The position numbers and the translations under genes are program-made. A stretch of 64,000 bases of DNA from Candidatus Gottesmanbacteria bacterium (GTDB taxonomy: Bacteria; Patescibacteriota; Microgenomatia; UBA10105; UBA927): positions 199,802-263,801 of the forward strand of contig CAIJMI010000005.1 in NCBI GenBank assembly GCA_903821745.1, in the 5' to 3' direction. The notes under the pieces were generated by a model. That model was not told where the DNA came from and ran no database searches. It saw nothing but the letters and a program-made list of their open reading frames with translations. Below, in pieces: positions 51,548 through 61,168 of this stretch (position 1 is its first letter; every line of letters starts with the position of its first letter).

Positions 51548-51732
51548 ACGTCATAAAAAAGTTAAACACATTGTTTATAGCATTCAGTGTTGGAATTATC
51601 TACGTTTTTATCATTGGTTTAGCGTGGATCATATATCGGCTGACCCAACATGTTTCTTCAGTTTCAGATAGCTATTGGTTGATACCAGAAAAGAAAAAAT
51701 TACCTAAACACTTTTTTTCATCACCCTATTAA
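51544..51732 (+). CDS. Small single-TM protein (62 aa) immediately upstream of the carbamoyltransferase
   Basis: MNVIKKLNTLFIAFSVGIIYVFIIGLAWIIYRL... It ends 2 nt before the carbamoyltransferase start. Confidence 0.4.
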   Translation: MNVIKKLNTLFIAFSVGIIYVFIIGLAWIIYRLTQHVSSVSDSYWLIPEKKKLPKHFFSSPY

Positions 51733-51733
51733 T

Positions 51734-53431
51734 ATGATCATTCTTGGAATATCAGCGTTTTATCACGACAGCGCAGCAGCCCTTATTGTCAATGGAAAAG
51801 TTGTGGCCGCACTTGAAGAAGAACGGTTCACGAGAATTAAACATGATAATCAATTCCCTATCAATGCAATAACGCGTCTGCTTCAAATAACAAACTACAC
51901 CATTGATGACGTAGACGTGATTGCGTATTATGAAAAACCGCTCTTAAAATTTGAGCGGCTGCTTGAAACGTTTGTAACGACCTATCCATATGCCCTCCGA
52001 CCGTTTCTCAAATCCATTCCTGACTGGTTGGGATCAAAAATTACCGTTGAACATATCATACGAAAAAAATTGCACTTCAAAAAGGAAATTATGTTTGTTC
52101 CCCATCATCTTTCCCATGCTGCATCATCCTTTTTTACGTCCCCGTTTACCCATGCGGCAATCCTCACTATAGACGGTGTTGGTGAATATGAAACAACAGG
52201 ACTTTGGTCTGCAAAAAACAATTCCCTCACTCACCTTGCAGCAATCAATTTCCCCCATTCTATTGGCCTTTTGTATTCGACATTCACAGCATTTCTCGGA
52301 TTTAAAATCAATGAAGATGAATATAAAGTCATGGGACTGGCTGCGTATGGAAAACCGACGTATGAAGATAAAATACGCCAACTCATCGACATAAAACCCG
52401 ATGGCAGTTTTTATCTCAATACAGCATATTTCGGATTTGTAACATCATTTTGCATGTGGAATAAAAAATTTGAATCACTGTTTGGTACCCCACGAAAGTC
52501 ACACGAAGTGGTCAAAAAACGCCACAAAGACCTTGCTGCAAGTCTCCAAAAGATAACAGAAGAAATCCTGTTTGCCATGATCAACCATCTCGCAAACATA
52601 ACAAAAGAAAAAAATCTTTGTATGAGTGGCGGTGTGGCACTCAATGCACTTGCAAACGGAAAACTCTATAAAAACACGCCATTCAGAAGAATTCATATTT
52701 TAGGGAGCGCGAGTGATAGTGGAACAGCAATCGGCGCAGCGCTCTATGTCTACTATAATTTTTTTGGATCGCCGATCAGTCGTCACGAACCACTTGCATC
52801 ACTTGCGCTTGGGACAAGTCCAAGTGATGAGGAAGTCGAACGTGTGCTTTCACAATATTCAACACTCACCTATCAAAAAATTGCAGATGAACAAACACTC
52901 ATCAAAAAAGCAGCAACACTGCTCGCACAGCATAAAATAATCGGATGGTTTCAAGGACCAATGGAATTTGGGCCACGTGCACTTGGCAACAGATCCATTG
53001 TAGCTGCAACCAATCCTCGAAGGATGAAAACGAAAATGAATATTATCAAACATCGGGAGCAATTTCGGCCGTTTGCGGGATCAGCGCTCCAGGAGACGAT
53101 TCATGAATATTTCGAAGTGCCACAAAACAAACATGCGTCGCCTTTTATGAATTTTTGCTTCAACGTAAAAAAACGCAAACAAGAAGCGCTTGCGGCAATT
53201 GTCCATCAGGATGCATCGTGTCGCATACAGACGGTATCACAGGCAAACGGAAGATATTACCGTCTTATTCAGGCATACGCAAAAAAAACGCATATTGATT
53301 GCATCATGAACACGAGTTTTAATCTTCAAGGCGAACCCATTGTTGAAACTCCAAGACAAGCAATTGAAGATTTTCTGAAAACACCGATGGATTATCTCAT
53401 CATTAATGATAATTTCATTTCGAAGCGCTGA
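51734..53431 (+). CDS. O-carbamoyltransferase (NodU/CmcH/TobZ family)
   Basis: N-terminal Kae1/YgjD-like domain MIILGISAFYHDSAAALIVNGKVVAALEEERFTRIKHD, HHLSHAASSFF, and a C-terminal YrdC-like carbamoyltransferase domain; 565 aa. Confidence 0.85.
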   Translation: MIILGISAFYHDSAAALIVNGKVVAALEEERFTRIKHDNQFPINAITRLLQITNYTIDDVDVIAYYEKPLLKFERLLETFVTTYPYALRPFLKSIPDWLGSKITVEHIIRKKLHFKKEIMFVPHHLSHAASSFFTSPFTHAAILTIDGVGEYETTGLWSAKNNSLTHLAAINFPHSIGLLYSTFTAFLGFKINEDEYKVMGLAAYGKPTYEDKIRQLIDIKPDGSFYLNTAYFGFVTSFCMWNKKFESLFGTPRKSHEVVKKRHKDLAASLQKITEEILFAMINHLANITKEKNLCMSGGVALNALANGKLYKNTPFRRIHILGSASDSGTAIGAALYVYYNFFGSPISRHEPLASLALGTSPSDEEVERVLSQYSTLTYQKIADEQTLIKKAATLLAQHKIIGWFQGPMEFGPRALGNRSIVAATNPRRMKTKMNIIKHREQFRPFAGSALQETIHEYFEVPQNKHASPFMNFCFNVKKRKQEALAAIVHQDASCRIQTVSQANGRYYRLIQAYAKKTHIDCIMNTSFNLQGEPIVETPRQAIEDFLKTPMDYLIINDNFISKR

Positions 53432-53434
53432 ACT

Positions 53435-54610
53435 ATGATCAAACAGGTTTTATACAGTATCATAGGCATGTGTATTGTTTTTGTACTCTCTGAACTTTTT
53501 CTTGGAGAAGCTAAAAAATTTTCTCCAAAATTACTTTTTTTTACAAAAAATCCATATCAGCAAAGCCGGTATGTGACCAATATTGACTGGCAAGGATTAT
53601 GGACATTGTCTAACTGCCCTACTCCACCAGAATTTGAATTATATGGATTTGTTTTAAATTCTAAAGGATTCAGGACTCCTGAAACTCCCTACCAAAAACC
53701 ATCAGATACGAAACGGTTAGTCCTACTTGGAGATTCTCAAGCTGTTGGACCAATTCCGTATAATCAATTATTTCTTAACCTATTAGAAAAAAACATTAGG
53801 GCAGAGTATCCAAAAAAATTTCAAGCTATTAATCTCGCATTGCCTTGCATAGGACCCCCCATTGAAGAGATACTGCTTTCTTTAGAAGGAATTCGATATC
53901 AGCCAGACATTATTGTACTTGCATTTTATGTAGGAAACGATTTTTTGGACGCAAATTTAGATATTGAACGGTACGCCAGTGAAAAAAATAAACAACCACA
54001 TATCCTCCCTTTTATATTCTATCAATCAAAACTCATATCGTTAACGCGAAATTTGTATTACACGTTTCGTTTTGGTCGAAAATCTATGATGACGAAGCAA
54101 ACTAAATCATCCCCTTCTTATGGCACGATGGGAATCGATGATTATTCGTCTTACAACCCTCATGAACCAACATTTCCATTGGAGGAATTTTTAGCTTTGG
54201 AAATGGACAAATCATCCATTCTATTACCACATAGCGACGTATACGCTTCATTACCGCAAATTCAGCAAAATATTAGCCATATGAAAGAATTAACTGAAAA
54301 AGCACGGGCACATTTTTTAGTTCTTATTATTCCAGAAGAAATGCAAGTAAATAGAGATCTATTGCATACAATAGCGTTGAAACAAAATATTCCAGTTGAT
54401 TCGTTTGATGTAGAATTGCCACAACGCGTGCTCAAGCAGTATTTCGACCAAAATCATATCAACTATATTGATCTATTGGAAATGTGGAAATCAGATACCT
54501 CAGCAATGCAGTATTTCCAACCGCAAGATACCCATTTAAACACCTTAGGTAACCAATCGGTTGCTCGTATTCTTTTTCCAGAAATAATAAAATTACTAAA
54601 CGAACAATAA
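53435..54610 (+). CDS. Membrane-anchored SGNH/GDSL-family hydrolase (paralog 3 of 5)
   Basis: N-terminal TM; LVLLGDSQAVGP (block I), YVGNDFLD (block III), QDTHLNTLGN (block V). Confidence 0.65.
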   Translation: MIKQVLYSIIGMCIVFVLSELFLGEAKKFSPKLLFFTKNPYQQSRYVTNIDWQGLWTLSNCPTPPEFELYGFVLNSKGFRTPETPYQKPSDTKRLVLLGDSQAVGPIPYNQLFLNLLEKNIRAEYPKKFQAINLALPCIGPPIEEILLSLEGIRYQPDIIVLAFYVGNDFLDANLDIERYASEKNKQPHILPFIFYQSKLISLTRNLYYTFRFGRKSMMTKQTKSSPSYGTMGIDDYSSYNPHEPTFPLEEFLALEMDKSSILLPHSDVYASLPQIQQNISHMKELTEKARAHFLVLIIPEEMQVNRDLLHTIALKQNIPVDSFDVELPQRVLKQYFDQNHINYIDLLEMWKSDTSAMQYFQPQDTHLNTLGNQSVARILFPEIIKLLNEQ

Positions 54611-54628
54611 AAAATACGCTGCATATCC

Positions 54629-56302
54629 ATGAAGAAACCAAAAGTCATTCAGAGAAATACTACTATCGTTTCGACTATTCTTTTTATTATGATAATCGTA
54701 TCACTCACAGTGTTTCGTGTATGGTTGATTAAAAATAGAGAACTAGTTGCCATTACTCCCTCACCTCACGATATGCAGCTGTATATAACAAACGCTGAAT
54801 CCATTGCGAATGGAAATTGGCTTGGTCCATATAATGAACGAATTATTACGAGAGGACCCGTATTCCCACTGTTTATTGCAATAACATATCTTCTTCATAT
54901 TCCGCTTACCATAGCACAGACACTCCTCTATTGTGCCGCAGCATTTTTATTTCTCGGTTGTGCGATACCGTTGGTAAAAAAGAAATGGATCCTGATACCG
55001 CTCTATACGCTCATTTTATTTAATCCTTTTATGATTGATCATGAAACTTTTTTTGAACTCACGCGATCTGCTTTATATCCAGCTCTCAGTATGGCAGTTG
55101 CAATGAGTTGTTTCGGCCTCGTTACTTCGGTACATACAGCGTATAAAAAAAGTGTATTCTATACATGCTCTCTTGGTATATTCTTTTTCCTCTTTTGGTA
55201 CTATCGGGAAGAAGGGTTTTTCTTACTTCCCCTCATTGGTGTATGTTATGGATATTCTTTGTGGATAACATGGAAACAAAAAAAAGTATCAAAAAAATAC
55301 GTCATAGCACTCATAATTCCCATTCTCATATTCCTTGGTGGAACACACATAGTAAGTTCCGTCAATAAAAAAACGTATGGGATATACACAGCACGAGAAT
55401 TTTCTTACCCGAGTTATACAAAAGCGTTTTCAGCATTGCTCCGCATTCAACCAGAAGAGCATAATCCACTCATCAGTCTGCCAAAATCGACAAGACAAAT
55501 ACTGTATGTGGTAAGTCCAACATTTGCAAAGCTCCGATCATTCTTTGAAGGAGAAGGTGGATATGATTGGGCACGCAACAGTGTTGTCTGGACAGGGATA
55601 CCACCGGAAGAGCATGAACTCGCCGGAGGCGCTTTTCATTTTGCCCTCCGTGACGCAATATGGCGGATCACGAGACCTTCACAAAAAAATGAACAACTGC
55701 TTTTCGAGAAACTCACCAAAGAAATCAATGCTGCGTGTAAGGCAAAATATATTTCCTGTGGTCTCTTACCAATTAGCGGATTTACTTTGTTTAATCAGGA
55801 AGATCGTGAACATTTTTATAATCAATTTGTGAACACCATACAAACAGGGGTGCTTGCCGATAACCTCGATCTCTCAACAACTCCCAAATATAGTCATGGA
55901 CCGGAAAATCAAATTGCACTATTTAAAAAAATGACAAGAGGAATTATTCTTACTGATAACCAACGACCTCCATATCAATCATCACTTGTGCCATTCACGA
56001 ACACATATATCCAATATTGGTATCAACAGTTCATGCCAATAATATTTTTGTTGTCGTATGTGTATTTTCTTATACGACTTTTCAAACAACAAAAACTTAC
56101 CTTCACCGATTGGTTTCAGGCCTCATTACTCCTTTGTTCACTATTATTTTACGGCGTAGTCGCATTCTTTGGAACAATTAAATCCCCAACCAATACAACC
56201 GCCAGCTCTTATACATCAGGGGCGTACGCATTATTGCTTCTCTTTGTGTGTTTAGAAATACTCACACTCCAAACCAAGCCTACTGTGAAACACAGGAAAT
56301 AA
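54629..56302 (+). CDS. GT-C fold glycosyltransferase, ArnT/PMT-like (paralog 3 of 3)
   Basis: 557 aa. Loop 1 PHDMQLYITNAESIANGNWLGPY...ITRGPVFP; homologous along its length to the 47674-49371 ORF (FNPF..., K.YG.YT..E...YTKA... blocks). Confidence 0.55.
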   Translation: MKKPKVIQRNTTIVSTILFIMIIVSLTVFRVWLIKNRELVAITPSPHDMQLYITNAESIANGNWLGPYNERIITRGPVFPLFIAITYLLHIPLTIAQTLLYCAAAFLFLGCAIPLVKKKWILIPLYTLILFNPFMIDHETFFELTRSALYPALSMAVAMSCFGLVTSVHTAYKKSVFYTCSLGIFFFLFWYYREEGFFLLPLIGVCYGYSLWITWKQKKVSKKYVIALIIPILIFLGGTHIVSSVNKKTYGIYTAREFSYPSYTKAFSALLRIQPEEHNPLISLPKSTRQILYVVSPTFAKLRSFFEGEGGYDWARNSVVWTGIPPEEHELAGGAFHFALRDAIWRITRPSQKNEQLLFEKLTKEINAACKAKYISCGLLPISGFTLFNQEDREHFYNQFVNTIQTGVLADNLDLSTTPKYSHGPENQIALFKKMTRGIILTDNQRPPYQSSLVPFTNTYIQYWYQQFMPIIFLLSYVYFLIRLFKQQKLTFTDWFQASLLLCSLLFYGVVAFFGTIKSPTNTTASSYTSGAYALLLLFVCLEILTLQTKPTVKHRK

Positions 56303-56339
56303 GCACTACAGATCTCTTTATTTGCATGGTTATGATCCT

Positions 56340-57323
56340 CTATAACATGTGACAGGATTTCAACATTCCGGAAGTTAACAATTGAAAAATAATTTGCGCG
56401 ATATGTGCATGTCCCAAAATATTCGGATGATAATCATGCGGTGCAAAGGTATCAACATCGCCTATTTCTGCATATGCAATATGCGCGTCAGCTGATAGAA
56501 AATGTTGCAATATTCTTTTATACTCTTGGGATTCATCTTGAAGCGTCAAAAATAATAATGGAGATGTCTTCTGTTGTATGAGCGTTCGTATTGCCGTAAG
56601 TTCGGGTTGAAGAAAGATTTCTTTCTTATCTGATGATAACCTGTTCAATGAATCCATATAGTCCTTATACGACAATGTTGATGCCGCATATGGGTCATTC
56701 ATGTCAACCTGATACCGCTTGGAGGCTCCGGTCTTTTGCAGTTCCTTTTTATAAAATTCTTCCCGTTCCCGATATATATCCGTATTCATAAATATATTTT
56801 CACCCCGCACAAACCATATCAGATAATCAGGATGATATTTGGCACCTATATCCTCATATCGTTTTGCAATATAGCGCACATCAAATCCGGGCGCACCTAA
56901 ATTAAGCACCTCAAATTTTTGAATGGTAGAACACGCTATTGTTGTATTTAACCGCGTCTCTAACAGTTCAGAAAAATTCTCATGTTGATTTACCCACATA
57001 CCAAAAACGAAAGAATCACCGAGTGTCATAATTCGAAATACTCCATCATCCTTTTTCACCGAATAGTCGATAGGATCCGCAAGGCCGTCACTATTGTAAT
57101 GATATGTTACTTTTTCTGGCAACCACGCAGCAGTTGCCACATCGTCAATATTTGTGGGAAAAAGATAATAATATTGAAATGTAGCATCAGGTGCGAACGT
57201 CAATAACAAACGAGGTAATGCATTGTGTTGCGGAAAAAACGGTTTTTTAAAAACATATTTCCAAATAAAAAAAATCGCAATCAACTCCATGGACACAGTT
57301 GCAATAAAAATATATTTTTTCAT
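56340..57323 (-). CDS. Membrane-anchored SGNH/GDSL-family hydrolase (paralog 4 of 5)
   Basis: N-terminal TM; RIMTLGDSFVFGMW (block I), LNLGAPGFD (block II), DYHPNILGH (block V). Confidence 0.6.
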   Translation of the reverse strand: MKKYIFIATVSMELIAIFFIWKYVFKKPFFPQHNALPRLLLTFAPDATFQYYYLFPTNIDDVATAAWLPEKVTYHYNSDGLADPIDYSVKKDDGVFRIMTLGDSFVFGMWVNQHENFSELLETRLNTTIACSTIQKFEVLNLGAPGFDVRYIAKRYEDIGAKYHPDYLIWFVRGENIFMNTDIYREREEFYKKELQKTGASKRYQVDMNDPYAASTLSYKDYMDSLNRLSSDKKEIFLQPELTAIRTLIQQKTSPLLFLTLQDESQEYKRILQHFLSADAHIAYAEIGDVDTFAPHDYHPNILGHAHIAQIIFQLLTSGMLKSCHML

Positions 57324-58312
57324 ATACCTTTACAGGAAAAATATGCCGATGTTGTTATCTTATTAAATAAAAACTCTGCAAAAATCGTATGTCCTGTAGC
57401 TGATGGATGCTGATCTGGGAGCTGAGGAAAATTGTCTGGTATCTCTGGATAGAAATGTACTGATGGATACTTGGAAACAACGGATTCTATCTTCAAACGG
57501 ATATCTTCAGGAAATGAGGCGAGAGTAAAAATAATTGTTGGACGAGCAATGCGCTTCAAAAGCTCTTGCAAATATTCCATTTCCTGTACAATTAATGCTT
57601 CACGCGGATGTGTTTCATAAAATTTATTAAACAATACTGTTTGTTCCGGATAAAAATCACCAAGTGAACGGTATTTTTCTACGAGAACAGGCTCCTGCAC
57701 TTGCGGTTCCCACTGAGAATTAAATACTCGAAGCGATTCACTCGGCACTAAAAAATCATTATCATTCGTCCACAACAAAACCAAATCAGGAGTGTACTTC
57801 ATTCCTTTCCGTTGATATCGTATCAGATTATATTGCATATCATATCCGGAAACTCCTAAATTAATAACTTCAAAACGCATTTTGTTGGCACACTGTACGT
57901 GGGCATTTAACATATCTTCCAATACTTCTGAATAATTCTGTTCGGTATTGAGATATACACCCTGCGTGAACGAATCACCAAGAGAAATAATACGAAAAAC
58001 GTCAGGACTTTTCTGTGTTGAATAATCAAACCGCTCATGCAGACCATCTGCATTAAAAGTTTGCGTAATCATTTCGTCCACTCCGAATTTCGCAAAATTT
58101 TCATGTATCTGAATATTTGCTTTTGGTTCGTCGTAAAATTGCAGACCACTATCTTGAAGAATCTGGGTATAGTCTTTTTCTACTGGCAATACATGAATTT
58201 TTTTTGGAGTATGTACAAAACGTCTGTCGTAATACCGATATCCAAGCACACAAATACATCCGCATTCGATCAGGATAAAAATCCACCAAACGAATATCAT
58301 TGGTCTAAACAT
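57320..58312 (-). CDS. Membrane-anchored SGNH/GDSL-family hydrolase (paralog 5 of 5, tandem with paralog 4)
   Basis: N-terminal TM; RIISLGDSFTQGVY (block I), INLGVSGYD (block II), WTNDNDF (block III), DQHPSATGH (block V). 4-nt ATGA overlap with the downstream paralog. Confidence 0.6.
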   Translation of the reverse strand: MFRPMIFVWWIFILIECGCICVLGYRYYDRRFVHTPKKIHVLPVEKDYTQILQDSGLQFYDEPKANIQIHENFAKFGVDEMITQTFNADGLHERFDYSTQKSPDVFRIISLGDSFTQGVYLNTEQNYSEVLEDMLNAHVQCANKMRFEVINLGVSGYDMQYNLIRYQRKGMKYTPDLVLLWTNDNDFLVPSESLRVFNSQWEPQVQEPVLVEKYRSLGDFYPEQTVLFNKFYETHPREALIVQEMEYLQELLKRIARPTIIFTLASFPEDIRLKIESVVSKYPSVHFYPEIPDNFPQLPDQHPSATGHTIFAEFLFNKITTSAYFSCKGI

Positions 58313-58329
58313 AGTAAAAATAATTATTT

Positions 58330-58863
58330 CTATTTTGTTAACTGACGAACAATATCGTAGAGTACTATTCCCGTCGTTACCATTACATTGAGGGATGTAT
58401 TGATTCCAAACATCGGTAGTTCCACAATCGTATCCACATGTTTCAGAACCTCTTTTGAGACACCATAAGATTCATTGCCAATCACAATTGCCACAGGGGT
58501 GGAATATGTTATTTTTTCAAACGGAATGCTTCGCGTATCCTGTTCTACGGCAATAATTTGTAATTTTGGATTTTCTTTTTTTACTTGAATAACTAAAGCA
58601 GCAGTATCCGGTGCATATTCCCAATTCACCCATTGCCAGGTATTGATAGAGGCTTTTTTGATCCGCGTGTTTGGCGGAGTTTCAGTAGACCCACATAAAT
58701 ACACTTTTTCTGCTGCGACCGCATCGGCAAGACGAAAAATGGATCCGATGTTATAGGTGTCCAACACATTATCCAAGATTATAATGATTGGATTTTTCTT
58801 AATCTTTTTTGCAACCTGTTCGTCAACTGGTTGCGTCCTTAGTTCTGCTGCATTTAATTTCAT
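58330..58863 (-). CDS. SpoU/TrmH-family RNA 2'-O-methyltransferase (SPOUT)
   Basis: IIILDNVLDTYNIGSIFRLADAV and a C-terminal IVIGNESYGVS...ELPMFGINTSLNV trefoil-knot pattern; 177 aa. Confidence 0.8.
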   Translation of the reverse strand: MKLNAAELRTQPVDEQVAKKIKKNPIIIILDNVLDTYNIGSIFRLADAVAAEKVYLCGSTETPPNTRIKKASINTWQWVNWEYAPDTAALVIQVKKENPKLQIIAVEQDTRSIPFEKITYSTPVAIVIGNESYGVSKEVLKHVDTIVELPMFGINTSLNVMVTTGIVLYDIVRQLTK

Positions 58864-58930
58864 ATTGTGTAGTATATAAAACTATGAAACAAATTGCACA
58901 GTATCTGATACTTAGTGTATTGTAATAGGA

Positions 58931-60334
58931 ATGGCAAAGATAGTCATGGTTCAACTTCAATGCGCTCCCTACTGCGGCACCGCATATTTACACGCTGCAG
59001 CAAAAAAGGCAGGCCACCAATTTATTCTCATCCTCAGCACAGATAGCCAACAGATCTGTCAAAAAATTACGAAAGAGAAACCAGACATCATCGGTTTTTC
59101 CTGTTTAAGCAGTTTTATGAACGATACGCTTGATATTTGTCGGAGCATCAAAAAAATAACAAAAACACCAATTATTTTAGGCGGTCCACATCCCACGTTA
59201 TTTCCTGAGGTTATACACGAAAAATCCATCGATCTTATCTGTCGAGGGGAAGGTGAATTTGCGCTCATGGATCTGCTGAATGCAATCGAACAAAAAAAAT
59301 CATATGCACATATCAAAAATCTTTGGGTCAAAGAAAAAAAGAACATTATCAAAAATCCGCTTCGTCCACTTGTCTATCCGCTCGATACCATTCCCCTCAT
59401 CGATTGGTCCTGTTACCAAAATACGCCAGTCCTCTATGGATCCCCAACGGTATTTCTCATTCGGGGTTGTCCATTCTCCTGTAATTATTGTTTCAATGAA
59501 AAAACACGGGCACTCTACCATGGATTAGGACCATACCTCAGACACTTCAGTGTTCAGCGGTCCATTCAGGAAATCCAAGCTGCATTACAATATTTCCCAC
59601 CAAATCCAATTATTTTTGCATCCGATTCCTTCGGGGTTGACCTTCCGTGGATGAATGAAGTATTCAAAGCATATACAAAAATCACTCCACTCCCCTTTGT
59701 CATATTATTACGACCTGAACTCACAACAAACGCATGCATTAAAATTTTGGCAAAATATAATTGTTACAGCGTCTCAATCGGTGTCGAATCCGGGTCGCGC
59801 CGTGTACGACAAGACATCGTACAAAGAAATTATACAAATGACTATCTCATATCGATGGCAACAACCCTCCATGAGCATGGAATAAAATTTAAGACATTCA
59901 ATATGCTTGGACTTCCGACAGAAACAGAACAGGAAATGTGGGAAACAATTATGATCAACGTTCGAATGAAAACAGATTATCCAAGGGCTGCAATTTTTAC
60001 ACCATTCCCCGGAACAAAAATTGTCGATATTGCGAAGAAATACGGATATTTAGACCAGGACTATGATTTCACCAACTTACCAGAAACCGTTCTTGACAGG
60101 ACCATCCTGAAAAGACTGAATCCAAATTATGTACAGAACATGCTGTTCTTTTTTCAAACCGCCGTACAATTTCCTTGGCTCATTCCTATCATAAAAAAAC
60201 TTGTCCGGTGGAAGTCAAACCTACTGTTTCGCATCTGGTTTTATAGTGTCTATGCGCTGATAAACGGACTTTCGGAAAAACGGTCCCTGCGTACGTATAT
60301 ACCGTATCTGTATGCAAACCGAACATATCGTTAA
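58931..60334 (+). CDS. B12-binding (class B) radical SAM protein (second copy)
   Basis: N-terminal B12-binding domain (IVMVQLQCAPY...IIGFSC...ILGGPHPT), RGCPFSCNYC (Cx3Cx2C); 467 aa. Confidence 0.8.
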   Translation: MAKIVMVQLQCAPYCGTAYLHAAAKKAGHQFILILSTDSQQICQKITKEKPDIIGFSCLSSFMNDTLDICRSIKKITKTPIILGGPHPTLFPEVIHEKSIDLICRGEGEFALMDLLNAIEQKKSYAHIKNLWVKEKKNIIKNPLRPLVYPLDTIPLIDWSCYQNTPVLYGSPTVFLIRGCPFSCNYCFNEKTRALYHGLGPYLRHFSVQRSIQEIQAALQYFPPNPIIFASDSFGVDLPWMNEVFKAYTKITPLPFVILLRPELTTNACIKILAKYNCYSVSIGVESGSRRVRQDIVQRNYTNDYLISMATTLHEHGIKFKTFNMLGLPTETEQEMWETIMINVRMKTDYPRAAIFTPFPGTKIVDIAKKYGYLDQDYDFTNLPETVLDRTILKRLNPNYVQNMLFFFQTAVQFPWLIPIIKKLVRWKSNLLFRIWFYSVYALINGLSEKRSLRTYIPYLYANRTYR

Positions 60335-60337
60335 TTC

Positions 60338-60907
60338 TTACCGTCTCCGTTTGTTATGAAGTTTTTTTGGTTTCGTCCGGTTCATCTTATCATATTGATA
60401 CCATTGCATGATTCCATACCCAATCATCCATCCTACAGCAGCTCCGGCAAGCACGTCTCCTGGATAATGCGCCCCAAGATAAATTCTGGAAAATCCAACG
60501 AAAACCGCAAGGAGATACAGCCATTTTTTAAACCGCGGTTCCTTAGAGGAAAGCACATAGGCAAGTGCAAATGCAAATGTTGTGTGTGTTGAAGGGAATG
60601 AATATCCGTTTGGAAATCCGACAACAATAGCAGTATCCAGAATGGTCGATGGACGAAGCCGAGCAACGAAATCCTTGATGGCAAATTCGGAAAGAATCCA
60701 GGTAAACACCCCGGCAAGTCCAAGAGGGAGAAAAAATTGTTTGTCTTTCCGTTCTTCCTTCGCAATCAACCAGATACCGATCACAAACCAAATAAATCCG
60801 TTGTCCCCGATACCGGAAATTAAACTAAAAAACCCGTCCGATAACCACCCGTGCGGTAAATGATTGATTGCAAAAAAGAGGGTTGTATCGATAGCGCCAA
60901 TATTCAT
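60338..60907 (-). CDS. PAP2-family lipid phosphatase (polyprenyl-diphosphate/PA phosphatase-like)
   Basis: KDFVARLRP (KX6RP), FPSTHT (PSGH), SRIYLGAHYPGDV (SRX5HX3D); 6 TMs. Confidence 0.8.
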   Translation of the reverse strand: MNIGAIDTTLFFAINHLPHGWLSDGFFSLISGIGDNGFIWFVIGIWLIAKEERKDKQFFLPLGLAGVFTWILSEFAIKDFVARLRPSTILDTAIVVGFPNGYSFPSTHTTFAFALAYVLSSKEPRFKKWLYLLAVFVGFSRIYLGAHYPGDVLAGAAVGWMIGYGIMQWYQYDKMNRTKPKKLHNKRRR

Positions 60908-60932
60908 ACCATTACAGTATCAAAAACTACCC

Positions 60933-61151
60933 TTATCTGCCAGAGGCACCTTTTGGTGTTGCAGACACGGATGCAGGAATGGCAGGTGTGATCGGTGTGG
61001 GAGAAATAAAAATAATTTTAATGGATCCTTCGGGGGGAACTGGAGAAACGACTTTCCTTCCGGCAAATATGATGCCCATCACAATGATAATAAGAACGAC
61101 AAACCCAATGAGAATGGTGATTGCTGCAACAGTTTTCGTCCTATCCTCCAT
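60933..61151 (-). CDS. Small hypothetical membrane protein (72 aa)
   Basis: Single TM (VAAITILIGFVVLIIIVMGIIFA) followed by a Pro/Thr-rich tail; fills the gap between the PAP2 gene and topA. Confidence 0.4.
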   Translation of the reverse strand: MEDRTKTVAAITILIGFVVLIIIVMGIIFAGRKVVSPVPPEGSIKIIFISPTPITPAIPASVSATPKGASGR

Positions 61152-61168
61152 ATAGAATTAGTATAGCA

